The notes under the pieces: generated by a model
The model's input: the letters and a program-made list of their open reading frames with translations, nothing else
The model's database searches: none
What the model was told of the DNA's origin: nothing
Made by a program: the position numbers and the translations under genes
DNA from: Candidatus Versatilivorator sp.
GTDB taxonomy: Bacteria > Acidobacteriota > Terriglobia > Versatilivoradales > Versatilivoraceae
Assembly: GCA_965207735.1 (NCBI GenBank)
Contig: OZ242296.1
Span: 4,864,001 to 4,928,000 of the forward strand
DNA: 64,000 nucleotides
Reading direction: 5' to 3'
Shown: positions 9,435 to 21,172 of the stretch, piece after piece
Layout: each line of letters starts with the position of its first letter
Position numbering within the stretch: position 1 is the first letter of the stretch

Positions 9435-9481
9435 GAAATAAGGCACATCGTTGAGTTGCCGGAAAAATTCTGCTCACACCG
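9435..9481. repeat. Left-end fragment of MITE family B
   Basis: gaaataaggcacatcgttgagttgccggaaaaattctgctcacaccg aligns with 23676-23722. Confidence 0.6.
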
Positions 9482-9568
9482 AAATATGAGAGAGATCGAA
9501 GAGAAATCGGACATAGATCCCCCACCAGGCAAAACACTCCAACACATTCGTCGCCAAGGCATTACAGT

Positions 9569-10599
9569 ACCGCTCCAACGTGGCCTTCCAGCACATGGGA
9601 GCTCCCGATGAGGGCCCCATCACCCTGAGAACCACCATCTATTCCGGGGAGGCCGATGACACCAGCTCCCTGGTGGTGGGAGAGGTGGAGCTCCAACCGG
9701 GAGGCTTCCACCAGTACTCGGGATTGCTGGGCAGGCTGGGCAGTCCGGCCCAGGGCTACGTGAAGGTGGAAAAGGTCTCTGGAGAGGCCCCGTTCTACGC
9801 CTACGGGGTCATCAACGACAATTTCAACTCGGACGGCTCCTTCGTCTTTCCTCTCACCGCCTCCTCCCTGGTGGGCACGACGGGTCAGACCCTGCCGGTC
9901 ATCATCGAGACCGGCAACTTCCAGAGCGAGCTGACGGTGACCAACTTCTCAGCCACGGACAAGACTGTGACCTTCAGCTTCGTGGCCGAAGGGGTCAACA
10001 GGGGCGACGACACGGCCACCTTCAGCCTGAGGTTAAAAGCCGGGGAACAGCACATCCTGCCCGGTATCGTGGAGGAACTGCGGCGGCGGGAGGTGGAGGG
10101 GATCGGCCCGGCCAATCGGGCCTATGTGGGAGCGCTGTTCGCCACGCCGGCCGAGGGGGACATGAGCGGCATCGTGATCGGAGCCCGCACGGGGGCTCCC
10201 GACAACAGAGGAGGACAGTACAGCCTCTTCTACAACGGGGTGCCCTATGGCACGGCTTCCGTAGAGAGCGCCTGGATCTACGGGCTGCAGCAGAACGCGG
10301 AGAACCGCAGCAACCTGGCCCTGGTGAATACGGGAGAGATCGACGACACCCCCAGCACCTTCGAGATCACGATTTACGACGGCAGCGGAGAGTCTCGACC
10401 AAGAACGAGGAGTGTGACGCTCGGTCCTCGCCGCTGGACTCAGGAAAACGGGATTCTGGGCAGGATCAGCCAAGGGTACGTTCAGGTGAGGAAGGTCTCG
10501 GGCAACAACCCATTCATCACCTACGGCGTGATCAACGACGGAGGCAGGCCCGGGGAACGCAGTGGAGACGGCGCTTACCTGCCCGCCTGGGAGGAGTAG
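9569..10599 (+). pseudogene. 5'-truncated remnant consisting only of the shared C-terminal surface-protein module
   Basis: Starts mid-domain at RSNVAFQHMG; homologous to 20090-21115 and 63260-64000; no signal peptide or passenger. Confidence 0.8.
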
Positions 10600-10981
10600 C
10601 CCAGGGGTCCTTGAAATCCCGATTCAACTAGAGGAAAAATTCCCGTTCTACCCTCAGCGTCAGACACGACCCGTGCCTCGCCACTTCCGGTAAGAATCTT
10701 CCGAAGACTCCTGGATGTGCGGGTCCCACTCGCTCAGACCCTTCTTTCCTGAAACACCACCGCGGTTCCCGTACACAGTGTCAAATTGGCATGAAATGTC
10801 TCGGAGTCTTTGGGCACGCCCCGAACTCAATCTGTGAGTTCCACGGTGGAAAGCGGCTGTCTGGCACGTCATCATGTAGTAGACTCACCGGACCTATCTG
10901 CAGTCCCCTACATCTTTCCGGAATCTGCTCGGAGCCCTTGGCGGTCGATCCAGGACGGCCTGAGCGGATGGCTATCTCCCG

Positions 10982-13900
10982 ATGTCGACGACTTGGCGAG
11001 ATCTGCAACTCCTGACTGCCCCCGACTACTGCCGGTTGCGAGGCCCCTTGACTTGTTCTCTCCCGACTGAGATCCCTCCGCGGGTAGGAAAGCCAGCGGC
11101 CGCTTGTTCCAGCCGATTCCGCTCTTTCCGCAGGGGCCTTCTTGCGCTCTGCGGGATCGCAGGACTGCATCTGATGCTGGCAGCGACGGCAGATGCCCAG
11201 GGGATTTGCGACCGTACGCCACAAGTGCGGGACAAGCTGGTGGAGAAAGCCGGAGTGTCGACCTGTGGGAACGTCACTGCAGCGAATCTGTCCAAAGTGC
11301 GCAGTCTGTCCCTTCAGGATTCCGGCATCCACACACTTCAAGCACACGACTTCAGCGGATTGGACAATCTGTCCAGGTTGTGGCTGCAAGACAACTCACT
11401 GAGCGGATTACCCGAGGGAATCTTCAGAGGACTGTGGAGCCTGGAAACTCTGGTGCTGAATAGTTGCTCCTTGAAGTCTCTGCCCGAGGGAGTCTTCCGA
11501 GGGCTGCGTAACCTGCGTCGCTTGGATCTGGCCAATAACTTTCTGACCCTCCTGTCCAAGGATGTCTTCGTAGGATTGAACTCGCTCGAGACGCTGTGGC
11601 TAACCAACAACCGCTTCGACTCCTTACCCCCGGGCATTCTCGACGATATCCTCGACACACTGGGTGCCTCCAAATTCTTGGTGGATTCCATTCTGAAGGC
11701 AAGTCTTCGATTTGCTTCACCCGCACAGACCGGGCTGGAAGGGACTACCGTGAGCGTCCCGGTCACCCTGAATCGCCGGCTGCCGGTGGCTGTGCACGTA
11801 CCCTTCAACCTGGGCGGAACAGCCACAGAGGACGACTATTCGAATTTCTCCCCCCATCCGAATACAGGGTTGCTGTTTTTGGCTGGAGAGACGTTCAAGG
11901 AGATCACGTTTACCTTGGAGGAGGACAGTGACAGCCGGGAGGAGACGATTTTGCTGACCTTGGGAGAACTCTCACGCATTGGGCTGCGCCGCTCCGACGG
12001 CACCGGCCCTGATGCTCCCTACCTGATGGCCGAACAGCTTCTCGACCGTCCTGATCAAGCCTCTGGTCACACGGTCACTGTTTCTTCTTCCGGCGAATCG
12101 GCAAATGTTTGCGACCGCACGCCCCAGGTGCGGGACAAGCTCATGGAGCTTGCCGGAAGGTCAAGATGCGAGGACGTGACTGCGGGGCACCTGGCCCTAG
12201 TGACAATGCTGGATCTGTCGCATTCCGATATCGTCTTGCTTCACGACGGTGACTTTGAAGGGTTGAGTCACCTCAGGACGCTGAATCTGAGTCACAACTA
12301 TCTCAAGACATTGCCCGAGGAAATCTTCCACGGGTTGAACTCCCTTGTGGAGTTGTTCATCCATCAAAACAAGCTGATCAGATTGCCCCGAGGTGTCTTC
12401 AACGGACTGAGGTCCCTGCGAGCGCTGTGGTTGCAGGACAACTCCATGAACAATTTTCTGAGGGAACTGCCCTGGGGAGTCTTCGATGACGTGCTGGATA
12501 CGTTGGAAGACCTGCGCGTCGATCCCTTCCTGATGTCCACCATCGCCTTCGAGTCTGTAGGACAGAGCATCGCCAAAGGTAACGACGTGGAAGTAAGAGT
12601 GCGTTTGACCCGCAGACTGCCGTTGGCAATTCGGGTGCCTTACAGTGCGGAATGGGCTGCGACCACGGCTGATGATGCTGGTCTGCCGCCCGTCCCCGAC
12701 GGAGAATTACTGTTCCCCGCCGACTGGACTGCCGAGGAGATCGTCTTTTCTCTCCCGGGAAACGCGAACATTCTGGGGAGAACGATCGAGGTGAGGCTGG
12801 GGGAACTCTCTCGGATCAGGCTGAGCCGTTCAGACGGCACCGGCCCCGACGCTCTCCACCTGAGTGCAGACTCCCTGCTGAGCCGCCCTGACGAGGGCGC
12901 TGTCCATACTGTCACCTTTGTCGACGCCGTTCCGGCAGACATCTGCGACCGCACCCCACAGGTCCGGGATGCGCTGGTGGCGGCTATCCCGGAGCTATCC
13001 GACTGCGCAGAGGTCACCACGGCGCATCTGACCGGCATCAGGAGACTGCGTCTTGGTGCGTCCGGAATCGCCACGCTTCGAGAGAACGACTTCAGCGGGC
13101 TGAGTTCGCTGCAGTATTTGTGGTTAAGTAACAACTCTCTTCACGGCTTCCCCGAGGGGGTCTTCAGCGGGCTGGGCTCCCTGAAAGAGCTGCGGTTGGA
13201 CGGCAACTCCCTAAACGCATTGACCGGAAGGGTTTTTCAGGGTCTGAATTCTCTGCAAGGGCTGGACTTGGAGCGCAACCAGCTGAACTCTCTACCCGAG
13301 GGGATCTTTGACGGGCTGGGGGGCCTCAGGTGGGTGGACTTAACTGGCAACTCCCTGAGCGCCTTGCCCGAGGGAGTCTTCAATGGATTGAATTCCTTGC
13401 GATCCATCCATCTAGTTAGCACTGATTTGAGTGTCTTGCCCGAGGGAGTCTTCAGTGGATTGGGCAATCTGGAAACTCTGTGGTTATTCGGCAACCCGCT
13501 GTCTTCATTACCCGAGGGAATCTTCCAGGGACTGAACTCATTGAGAAGTCTGATTCTAACCAACAACTCCCTGACTTCGTTGCCGGAGGGAGTCTTTCGT
13601 GGGCTGAACAGTCTGCAACAGTTGTGGCTGAGCGGAAACGGTGTGAATGCCTTGCCCGAAGGCATTTTCCACGGGCTAAGCAACTTGGAGGAGCTGTTGC
13701 TAAGCCGAAACTCCCTGAGCAGCTTGCCCGAAGGGGTCTTTCGGGACCTGAGTTCACTGGACCGCCTGTGGTTGTGGTACAACTCCCTGACCACCTTGCC
13801 CGAGGGAGTGTTCCGCGGTCTTAAAACTCTGAACCAAGTAACTTTAACGTCCAACTCGCTGAGCAGCCTGCCCGTGGGAATCTTTAGGGGGTTGACCGGT

Positions 13901-14871
13901 TTGTCGGACCTGAGGTTGGAATCCAACCCTCTGACTGAACTACCCCGGGGGATATTCGACGATGTGCTCGATACACTGGGGCACGAAGTGCTTACCACCC
14001 TGGGCCCCTATCGGGGGGAACTGGTGGTTGACCCGGAACTGAAGGCCCGAATTACCTTCTCTGCAACCTCACAGCGGGTCTCGGAAGGAGCCACCGTTCG
14101 AATCCCGGTAACCTTGAGCCGTGCCTTGCCGGTGGCGGTACGGGTGCCCTATAGGGTGGGCGTCAGTGGAGCCACAGGTGGATTGGAGGGTCTCTCGCCG
14201 TCGGTGGACAGAGGGCTGCTGTTTCCGGCCGGGGAGACCGAGCGGGAAATCACCTTTACTTTGCCAAGGGATTCGGTCGTCCAGGGGGAACGGACCGTTC
14301 TGCTGGCCTTGGGAGAGCTTGAGGAGATCGGTCTGCGCCGATCCGACGGAGCCGGTCCTGATGCCCGCTATCTAGAGACCGAAAGCCTGCTCCTCGGTTC
14401 CGACCAGGGGTCCATCCACACCCTCACCGTTTCCGACTTTGAGACCGACGACCAGGATCCCTTCTGTCTCTCCCTGTGGGACGGTACGCCCTGCTCGACG
14501 GTGACCACCCTCCCCTATGTCTTGATGGGCCGCCTGGGCGATAGCATTGCCCGAGCCGAGCTTGTCGTCACCCACAGAGGCCCCCAGGCGAATGACTGCG
14601 AAGCGGCGGTGCTTTTTCACCAGGGAACCACCCAAGCTCCGGCAGTGTCCTTCGACGGTCAGTTTCCGGACCAGAACCTGCTCCGCGCCACCATTCCCCG
14701 AGGAGGCGCGGAGATCCTGACCTTGACTGCTCCCGATGAGGAGGAAGCGACAGTCGGGGCCGTCTCCGTCTTCACCCGGTCTGCCTGTACGGCCGGCTCC
14801 CTCCACGTTCAGGGACGCGCCCTGCTTGAGGACCCAGTCGACGGGGAAGTCGACGAACTGTATTCCCTAAG
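10982..14871 (+). pseudogene. Large secreted LRR protein (three ICDRTPQVRD-capped LRR blocks plus Calx-beta-like domains), 5' part, interrupted by IS1634
   Basis: 24-aa LxxLPEGxFxGLxxLxxLxLxxN repeats; frame continues at 16807 after removing the IS and one TSD; true start may be downstream of 10982. Confidence 0.9.
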
Positions 14872-16800
14872 CCGAAGTTCCTGACCCACCGACAAGATAA
14901 CTCCTTTATCTTCAATCATCAATCAGGAATCTCAGGTTGTCTTGCCTGGGAACATCCTGATGAGCTCGAAGGCCCTTTGCTGTAGCGGGGTCGGCTCGGT
15001 CAATCGCTGGACTCGCGGACCATCGGGTTCGGAGGGCAATCGGCACTGGTGGCGGGCCCGCGTCGCCATCTGCGCCATCAACGTCTCCAGGCTCTGCAGC
15101 GGCAAGCCGTCCTCGGTGAGGCGTTTGCTCTTCTTCCGTTTGGCGGAGTCCGACGGCTGGGCCGCCAGCACCGGGTCTCGCCGTGCCCGTTCCGCTTCCA
15201 ACTCCTCGTCATCGAACAGCAACGGAGCCAGGGCCAGCCGCAGATGCCACTGAACGTAATAGGCCAGCAGGCACAGGAACAGATGAGCCCGCACCCGGCT
15301 CTCCACCCGATGACGGATGGGGCGGATGTGCAGGTCGACGGTCTTGAGGGAGCGGAAGGCCCGCTCCACCCGCGTCAGGTCCTTGTAGCGGCGCACCACC
15401 GCGGCTGTTGGCAGGCGATCGGCTGGCTCGCTGGTCCTCAGCATGTAGAACCCGTCCAGTTGCGCCTCCCGGATGATGGCGTCGGTGCGCCGTTCATAGT
15501 GGAAGGACCCGTCTGCGATCTGGGTCCGGAAGTGTTTGGCCACCTGGAAGCGGTTCTTGACCCGGCCGACTTTCTCGGCGATCTCGGTCGCCGACAAGGG
15601 CGTGCGGGTCCGTCTGGCCACCTGGCGGGCGATTCCGGCCAGCGCCTCCTCGGTGGCTGTCAGCAAAGCCTCCCGCTTCCGCCGCCGATGCTCGGCCAGC
15701 AGCGGGTTGTGGCAGACGATGAGCCTCTCGCCCGGATAGTCCGGGCTGCGGACTTCGGCCAGATGACGCTCGTCGAACAGGGAGAGCTGAACCGCCTCGC
15801 TCTCCACCAGACGGCGTATCTGGTGGTGGCGCAGGGCTGAGACCCACCCCACTCCCGGATGACGCTTCAGATGGCTGATCTGCGTCTCGGTCAGCAGCCC
15901 GCGGTCCCCCACCAGCACCACCCGCTCCAGACCAAACCGACCCCGCACCTTCTCCACCTGATCCCCCACCGTGGTCGGATCCCCCGTGTTGCCGGCATAG
16001 GCCTGCACCGACAGCGGCCGCCCCATCTGGTCGGCCAGCACCCCGTAGACCACCATGGGCCGGTCCCGCCTGCCGTCCCGGTTGTGGCCGAACTGCATCA
16101 GCGAGCAGGTCTGGCCTTCGTAGTAACTGCTGCTGACGTCATAGAGCACCGCATCCCCTTCCGCCAGGTGCCGCTTGGCCAGCTTGCGCTCAATCCGGTC
16201 CTGACGCTCCAGCAACCAGTCCATGGCCTCATAGAGATCGTCCTCGTCGGTGTCCTCAAGGGACAGTTCCTCACCCAACGTGGTGGTGTGCCAAAGACGG
16301 GTGGTGGCCAGCTTGGAGGCCGGATAGAGCAGACGCTGCAGGATCATGGCCAAGACCCGGTCCCGTTGGGGAGAGGGTCGGGAATCGATCAGCGCCGGCA
16401 GCTTCAGCTGCCGCACCACTTCCAGCAGCAACTCGACGTGGCCATGAGGCAGGGAGCGTTCGATGGCGAAGAGTTGGTCGGGATGGACCAGGGGTTCGTT
16501 CTTGAGCACGCGCCGGAGGCGCTCGATCTTGTCCTTGGGCCAATGGGAGAGATTGGCCAGGGTGCGTTTATGGACCTTTTTACCCTCACGGCGGCCTTCG
16601 CGCAGGAGGATGGCAGGGGGAGAGTTGCGGTTGGGGACGGTTTCGACGTACATGGGACTACGATATCACATACAACTATCATGTCAAGATAAATGCTAAT
16701 CATATACATGGGAACAACACTCCACACGCCTCAATCCTCTTCCCCAAGAAAACAAATGGCTTAAGGCGATTTTTTGGGTGTAAAATGGGAGGAACTTCGG
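14872..16800 (-). mobile_element. IS1634-family insertion sequence
   Basis: TIR ccgaagttcct / aggaacttcgg; 6-bp target duplication CCTAAG (14866-14871, 16801-16806). Confidence 0.93.
14932..16653 (-). CDS. IS1634-family DDE transposase
   Basis: LYDVSSSYYEG, FGHNRDG, VGDRGL, VERAFRSLK, RPIRHR. Confidence 0.95.
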   Translation of the reverse strand: MYVETVPNRNSPPAILLREGRREGKKVHKRTLANLSHWPKDKIERLRRVLKNEPLVHPDQLFAIERSLPHGHVELLLEVVRQLKLPALIDSRPSPQRDRVLAMILQRLLYPASKLATTRLWHTTTLGEELSLEDTDEDDLYEAMDWLLERQDRIERKLAKRHLAEGDAVLYDVSSSYYEGQTCSLMQFGHNRDGRRDRPMVVYGVLADQMGRPLSVQAYAGNTGDPTTVGDQVEKVRGRFGLERVVLVGDRGLLTETQISHLKRHPGVGWVSALRHHQIRRLVESEAVQLSLFDERHLAEVRSPDYPGERLIVCHNPLLAEHRRRKREALLTATEEALAGIARQVARRTRTPLSATEIAEKVGRVKNRFQVAKHFRTQIADGSFHYERRTDAIIREAQLDGFYMLRTSEPADRLPTAAVVRRYKDLTRVERAFRSLKTVDLHIRPIRHRVESRVRAHLFLCLLAYYVQWHLRLALAPLLFDDEELEAERARRDPVLAAQPSDSAKRKKSKRLTEDGLPLQSLETLMAQMATRARHQCRLPSEPDGPRVQRLTEPTPLQQRAFELIRMFPGKTT

Positions 16801-16806
16801 CCTAAG

Positions 16807-17203
16807 CAGCCAGTCCTCCGGGGATTTGTTGGCAGACGGCGACTGTCGCAGGTGGACAGGCCGGTACGGCGAGGGAGAAGATGTGGTTCTTGCCATGGCG
16901 CCGGCCCAGCCGGGCCAAACCGTTCCGCCCGGAGCTCAACTGCATTTTCGTGCGTTCGATCTGAAGGGGAACCTGTTTGGTCCTCTGGACAGCCTGGAGG
17001 TCTCCGGGAGACATCAAACGCTCTCTTTCGGAGAGTTCGACCGGCCAACCATCATCGAGATGTGCCTGGATGTTCCGGGCGCCGGCGCCTTTCAACTGGC
17101 CGTTTCCGTTCTTGAAACAAGGACTACGGGCACTCGGGTGCAGTTCTCCACCGGGAGCCTTACCGGAAACCCTGAATCGGAGGACACCGGATCAGGTCCA
17201 TGA
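16807..17203 (+). pseudogene. 3' remainder of the IS-split LRR gene
   Basis: Rejoined frame ELYSLS-SQSSGDLLADGDCRR is in frame with ORF 16826..17203. Confidence 0.88.
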
Positions 17204-20200
17204 ATGTTCGATTCAATGCCAATCATGCGCGGTAAAGCCCACCTGCGGATAGCAACCTGGGCTGTCGCGGTCTTGCTGGCCCTGGTCTGCTCCGGATCTT
17301 ATCGTTCCCAGAACGGCTCACCCAATCTCAGGCCCCATAAGCCCAGAGGCTGGTCGGATGTCATCGTGGTCTCCAACCGGCAAGGAGACAACCTCAACAG
17401 CCGAAGACTGGCGCCTTCCGACATCATTTTTGTGGATTTCGCCGTGATCAACAGCGGCAGTACCCCGGTGACCCGACCCTTCCGTATCGATCTTTTTGTG
17501 GACGGCCAATTGTGGAAGAGCTTCGATGCTCCCTCACCCCTGAACCCTCAAGTCTTTCGTTTTCGCGAGGACTACCCTATCGGAAGACTGGGCGTCGGCA
17601 CACACGCACTACGCATCGTTGCCGATGCCGGCAACCAGGTTGCAGAGAGCGATGAAGACGACAACGAATACACCCGAACCATCATCGTCGCCGGCGATTG
17701 CTTTCCACTGACCACGAGGGTTTCACCCCGGGGGGCCGGGACGCTGGCGCTAAGCCGGGAGCCCAATTGTGGCGAGGCCACGGTCAGCGTCAGCAGTCTG
17801 AGCCTCCTTGAGGAGGGTCAGGACAAGGGACTGGACATCGCCGGGGAGCCTCTTGTCACGGCCCAGCGGGCCAGGGCATTTGACGTCCTGAGAGCCAAAG
17901 TCCGGTCGGAAGACCGCGTCAGAGTAATCGTGGGGGTGAGGACCGCAGTCCGATCTGCCGTCTCGGCTGTGCGTAGCTTAAGGGATGCGACTTCCCGCTC
18001 ACCCCTGATTGCTCGAGCTCAACAGTCGTTGTTGAATCGAATGAACAATCTCGAAGTCTCTTCTGTTCGACGGTTCAAGTTCATTCCCTACGTGGCGATG
18101 GAAGTGGATGAGGCGGCACTGGGGTCACTGGCCGAGGACCCGGAGGTGGTCAGCATCGAGGAGGACCTGTCTGTCAAACCGTTGTTGGCCGACAGTACGC
18201 CACTGATAGGGGCTCCCCATGCCTGGGATCAGGGATACGCCGGTTCGGGCCAGACGATCGCCATCCTGGATACGGGGGTGGACAAGGATCACCCTTTTCT
18301 CCGAGACAAGGTGGTGTCGGAGGCCTGCTATTCGGGTTCCGGAGGGGGAACATCGCTTTGTCCCGAGGGCGTGAACGAATCGGTTCTCCCGGGATCGGGG
18401 GCACCCTGTCCGCCGTCCTTGAGCGACTGCTTTCACGGGACGGCAATGGCCGGGGTCGCCGCCGGCCGGGGGACGGAGTTCTCGGGTGTGGCCCGGGGTG
18501 CCCGGATTATTGCAATCCAGGTGTTCTCGCAGTGCGGCGAGGACTGCATCGATTCATCCAACAGCGATTGGCTTGCCGGTCTGGAGCGGGTGCTCGAGCT
18601 AAGCGCCGATTTCAATATCGCAGCCGTCAACATGAGCTTCGGCGGGGGCTTCTTCTCTGAGGACTGCGACTCCGATTTTCCGGCCGTCAAGGCTGCCATG
18701 GACAATCTGCGCGCGGTCGGGGTCGCACCTATCGCCGCCTCCGGAAACAGCGGTTTCGGCACGGACATCAACAGCCCCGCCTGCGTCTCGAGCGTCGTCA
18801 GCGTGGGATCGACCGATGGTATCGGCGATGAGACACCCCGGGAGGAAGTTTCCGACTTCTCGAACAGCTCGCTTTCTCTGGATCTGCTGGCTCCGGGTCG
18901 AGGGATCACCACGTCGATTCCCGGGGACGATTTCGCCAGTTTCAACGGCACTTCCCTTGCAGTTCCCCATGTTGCCGGCGCCTGGGCGTTGCTTAAATCC
19001 AAGGCTCCCAACGCCACGGTGCCGCAATTGCTTTCCATGCTGTCGCGGACCGGGATTCCCATCACAGACCCTCGAAACGGCCTCGTCAAGCCCCGCATTC
19101 AGGTCGATGCCGCCCTGGATGTCGTAATACCCGAGCTGTCCTATTCCACCGGCACTCGCCTGACGCTGACCCCTGAGCCCGAGCCCGGCTTTCGCTTCAG
19201 GCTCTGGCGCGGATGCGATTCTTCCTCGGGAAACCGATGCGTGGTCGAGATGGATTCCATCCAAAATATCTCAGCTATCTTCGAACCTCTGGGGCCCGCC
19301 CCGGACCTGCTGACGACCTCGCTGACGGCCTCCTCCACGGCCGCTGCCGGCGGCGATGTATCGATCACTGCCCATGTCCACAATCAGGGTTCGGTCGATG
19401 CCGGTCCTTTTCGGCTGGGCGTTTATCTGTCGGCCGACCCTGAAATCACTCACGAAGACATTTGGTTTGCCGCCTGCACCTACGACTCGGGGCTGGTTGC
19501 GGGAGGATCCGAGACCTGCAGCCGGGATTTCCCGATTCCGTTCCGGGTCAGCCCCGGGCGCTACTTTCTGGGGGTCATTGTGGATGATCTGGATCGGGTT
19601 GCCGAGAAGCGTGAGACCAACAACGCCCAAGTGGCCGATTCGGGACCGATCGATGTTCTGGCTCCCAGGATCAGTACGCGGTTATTCGTACCGGTGATCC
19701 TGAACGCGCCCGGGCGCAGGGGCTCTTTCTTTACCTCGGAGCTGACCCTGACCAACCGGGGGACTCAAGAGGCGCGGCTCGACTACACCTACACGGCTCA
19801 TGCCGGAGGAGGAAGCGGAACGGCTTCCGACCGGCTTGCTCCCGGAGAGCAGAAGATCCAGCCCGACGCCCTTGGCTATCTCAAGAATCTGGGCGTTCCC
19901 ATCCCGAGCTCGGGGAATCGGATTGGCACGCTGGCGGTTGAGGGCGTGACTACTTCCGGCGTGGGCATCCTGGTCCGGACCACGACGGAGGTGCCCGAGG
20001 GCCGAGCCGGACTGGCCTACGCGGGGGTTGCCAAGGATGACGGATTCGAGGATGCGGTCTATCTGTGCGGGCTGCGCCAGAACGAAAAGGATCGGTCCAA
20101 CGTGGCCGTTCAGCACATGGGGACAGCCGAAGACGGGCCCATCACCCTGCGGACGTGGGTGCACTCGGGGCTAAATGAGAGTGCGTTCTTGAAAGAGGTG

Positions 20201-21172
20201 ATGCTGGAGCCGGGAGGGTTCCAACAATTTTCAGGAGTCTTGAGCGAGCACAACTATCCCCATGGCTATGTCGAGGTGGCAAGGGCGCGGGGGACCGCCC
20301 CCTTCTATGCCTATGGGGTCATCAACGACCAGGCAAACTCGGACGGCTCGTTCGTCTTTCCGGTCAGGGAAAGCTCTTTGGAGGGGGCTGCACGGCAGAC
20401 TCTTCCGGTGATCGTGGAGATACGGGATTTCACCAGCGAGCTGATGGTGACAAACTTCTCGGAGGAGGAGAAGACCCTCGCTTTCAGCTTTGTGGCCGAC
20501 GGGATCCGAACCCCTGATCGCACGGCCCGCTTCAGCCTGACGATTGGAGCCGGCCGGCAGCGGATAATTCCCGACTTTATCCACACTGAAATGCGGCGGA
20601 AGGGTGTCGAGGGTGTGGGTTCAACTCGAGGCGGACTGGCCGGGGCTCTGTTTGCCACGGTGGAAAGCGGCGATATGGGCGGGATCGTGATCGGGGCCCG
20701 CACCAGCACCTCCGACGACCGTGGCGGCCAGTACGGCCTCTTCTACAACGCGGTGCCCGACGGAGCGGCATTCAACCAGAGTGCCTGGATCGACGGCCTG
20801 CAGCAGGATGCAGAGAACCGGAGCAATCTGGCCCTGGTCAATACCGGGGAGGTCGACGACAGCGACAGCGTCTTCGACCTCGACATCTACGATGGGGACA
20901 CGGGCTTGCTGGTCAGGACGATCACGACCCAACCACTTCCCACTCTGCGCTGGCGCCAGATCAACGCCATTTTGGCCGACCATGCCCCAGGAACCCAACA
21001 GGGCTATGTCCGGGTCCACCAGGTTTCCGGCAACAACCCCTTCCTGGCCTACGGGGTGGTCAACGACGGCGGGGCCCCAGGCGAGCGCAGCGGAGACGGG
21101 GCCTATGTGCCAGCCCACGGCAGGAGGCTGCCTGTACATGTAATCGGGCTTTCAGAGGGCAGGGACAAATGA
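17204..21172 (+). CDS. Secreted S8 subtilase with CARDB-like domains and the shared C-terminal module
   Basis: Triad AILDTG, HGTAMAG, GTSLAVPHVAG; ESDEDDNE and EKRETNN CARDB ends; LFVPVIL...SGDGAYVPA module. Confidence 0.92.
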   Translation: MFDSMPIMRGKAHLRIATWAVAVLLALVCSGSYRSQNGSPNLRPHKPRGWSDVIVVSNRQGDNLNSRRLAPSDIIFVDFAVINSGSTPVTRPFRIDLFVDGQLWKSFDAPSPLNPQVFRFREDYPIGRLGVGTHALRIVADAGNQVAESDEDDNEYTRTIIVAGDCFPLTTRVSPRGAGTLALSREPNCGEATVSVSSLSLLEEGQDKGLDIAGEPLVTAQRARAFDVLRAKVRSEDRVRVIVGVRTAVRSAVSAVRSLRDATSRSPLIARAQQSLLNRMNNLEVSSVRRFKFIPYVAMEVDEAALGSLAEDPEVVSIEEDLSVKPLLADSTPLIGAPHAWDQGYAGSGQTIAILDTGVDKDHPFLRDKVVSEACYSGSGGGTSLCPEGVNESVLPGSGAPCPPSLSDCFHGTAMAGVAAGRGTEFSGVARGARIIAIQVFSQCGEDCIDSSNSDWLAGLERVLELSADFNIAAVNMSFGGGFFSEDCDSDFPAVKAAMDNLRAVGVAPIAASGNSGFGTDINSPACVSSVVSVGSTDGIGDETPREEVSDFSNSSLSLDLLAPGRGITTSIPGDDFASFNGTSLAVPHVAGAWALLKSKAPNATVPQLLSMLSRTGIPITDPRNGLVKPRIQVDAALDVVIPELSYSTGTRLTLTPEPEPGFRFRLWRGCDSSSGNRCVVEMDSIQNISAIFEPLGPAPDLLTTSLTASSTAAAGGDVSITAHVHNQGSVDAGPFRLGVYLSADPEITHEDIWFAACTYDSGLVAGGSETCSRDFPIPFRVSPGRYFLGVIVDDLDRVAEKRETNNAQVADSGPIDVLAPRISTRLFVPVILNAPGRRGSFFTSELTLTNRGTQEARLDYTYTAHAGGGSGTASDRLAPGEQKIQPDALGYLKNLGVPIPSSGNRIGTLAVEGVTTSGVGILVRTTTEVPEGRAGLAYAGVAKDDGFEDAVYLCGLRQNEKDRSNVAVQHMGTAEDGPITLRTWVHSGLNESAFLKEVMLEPGGFQQFSGVLSEHNYPHGYVEVARARGTAPFYAYGVINDQANSDGSFVFPVRESSLEGAARQTLPVIVEIRDFTSELMVTNFSEEEKTLAFSFVADGIRTPDRTARFSLTIGAGRQRIIPDFIHTEMRRKGVEGVGSTRGGLAGALFATVESGDMGGIVIGARTSTSDDRGGQYGLFYNAVPDGAAFNQSAWIDGLQQDAENRSNLALVNTGEVDDSDSVFDLDIYDGDTGLLVRTITTQPLPTLRWRQINAILADHAPGTQQGYVRVHQVSGNNPFLAYGVVNDGGAPGERSGDGAYVPAHGRRLPVHVIGLSEGRDK

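Noticed and set aside
13080-13960. 72-nt periodic repeats as a CRISPR array
   Set aside because: They are in-frame 24-aa LRR codons with synonymous variation; no unique spacers or cas genes.
9569-21115. Repeated C-terminal module as a DGR template/variable repeat
   Set aside because: No reverse transcriptase in the window; differences are not adenine-restricted and the repeats exceed 1 kb.
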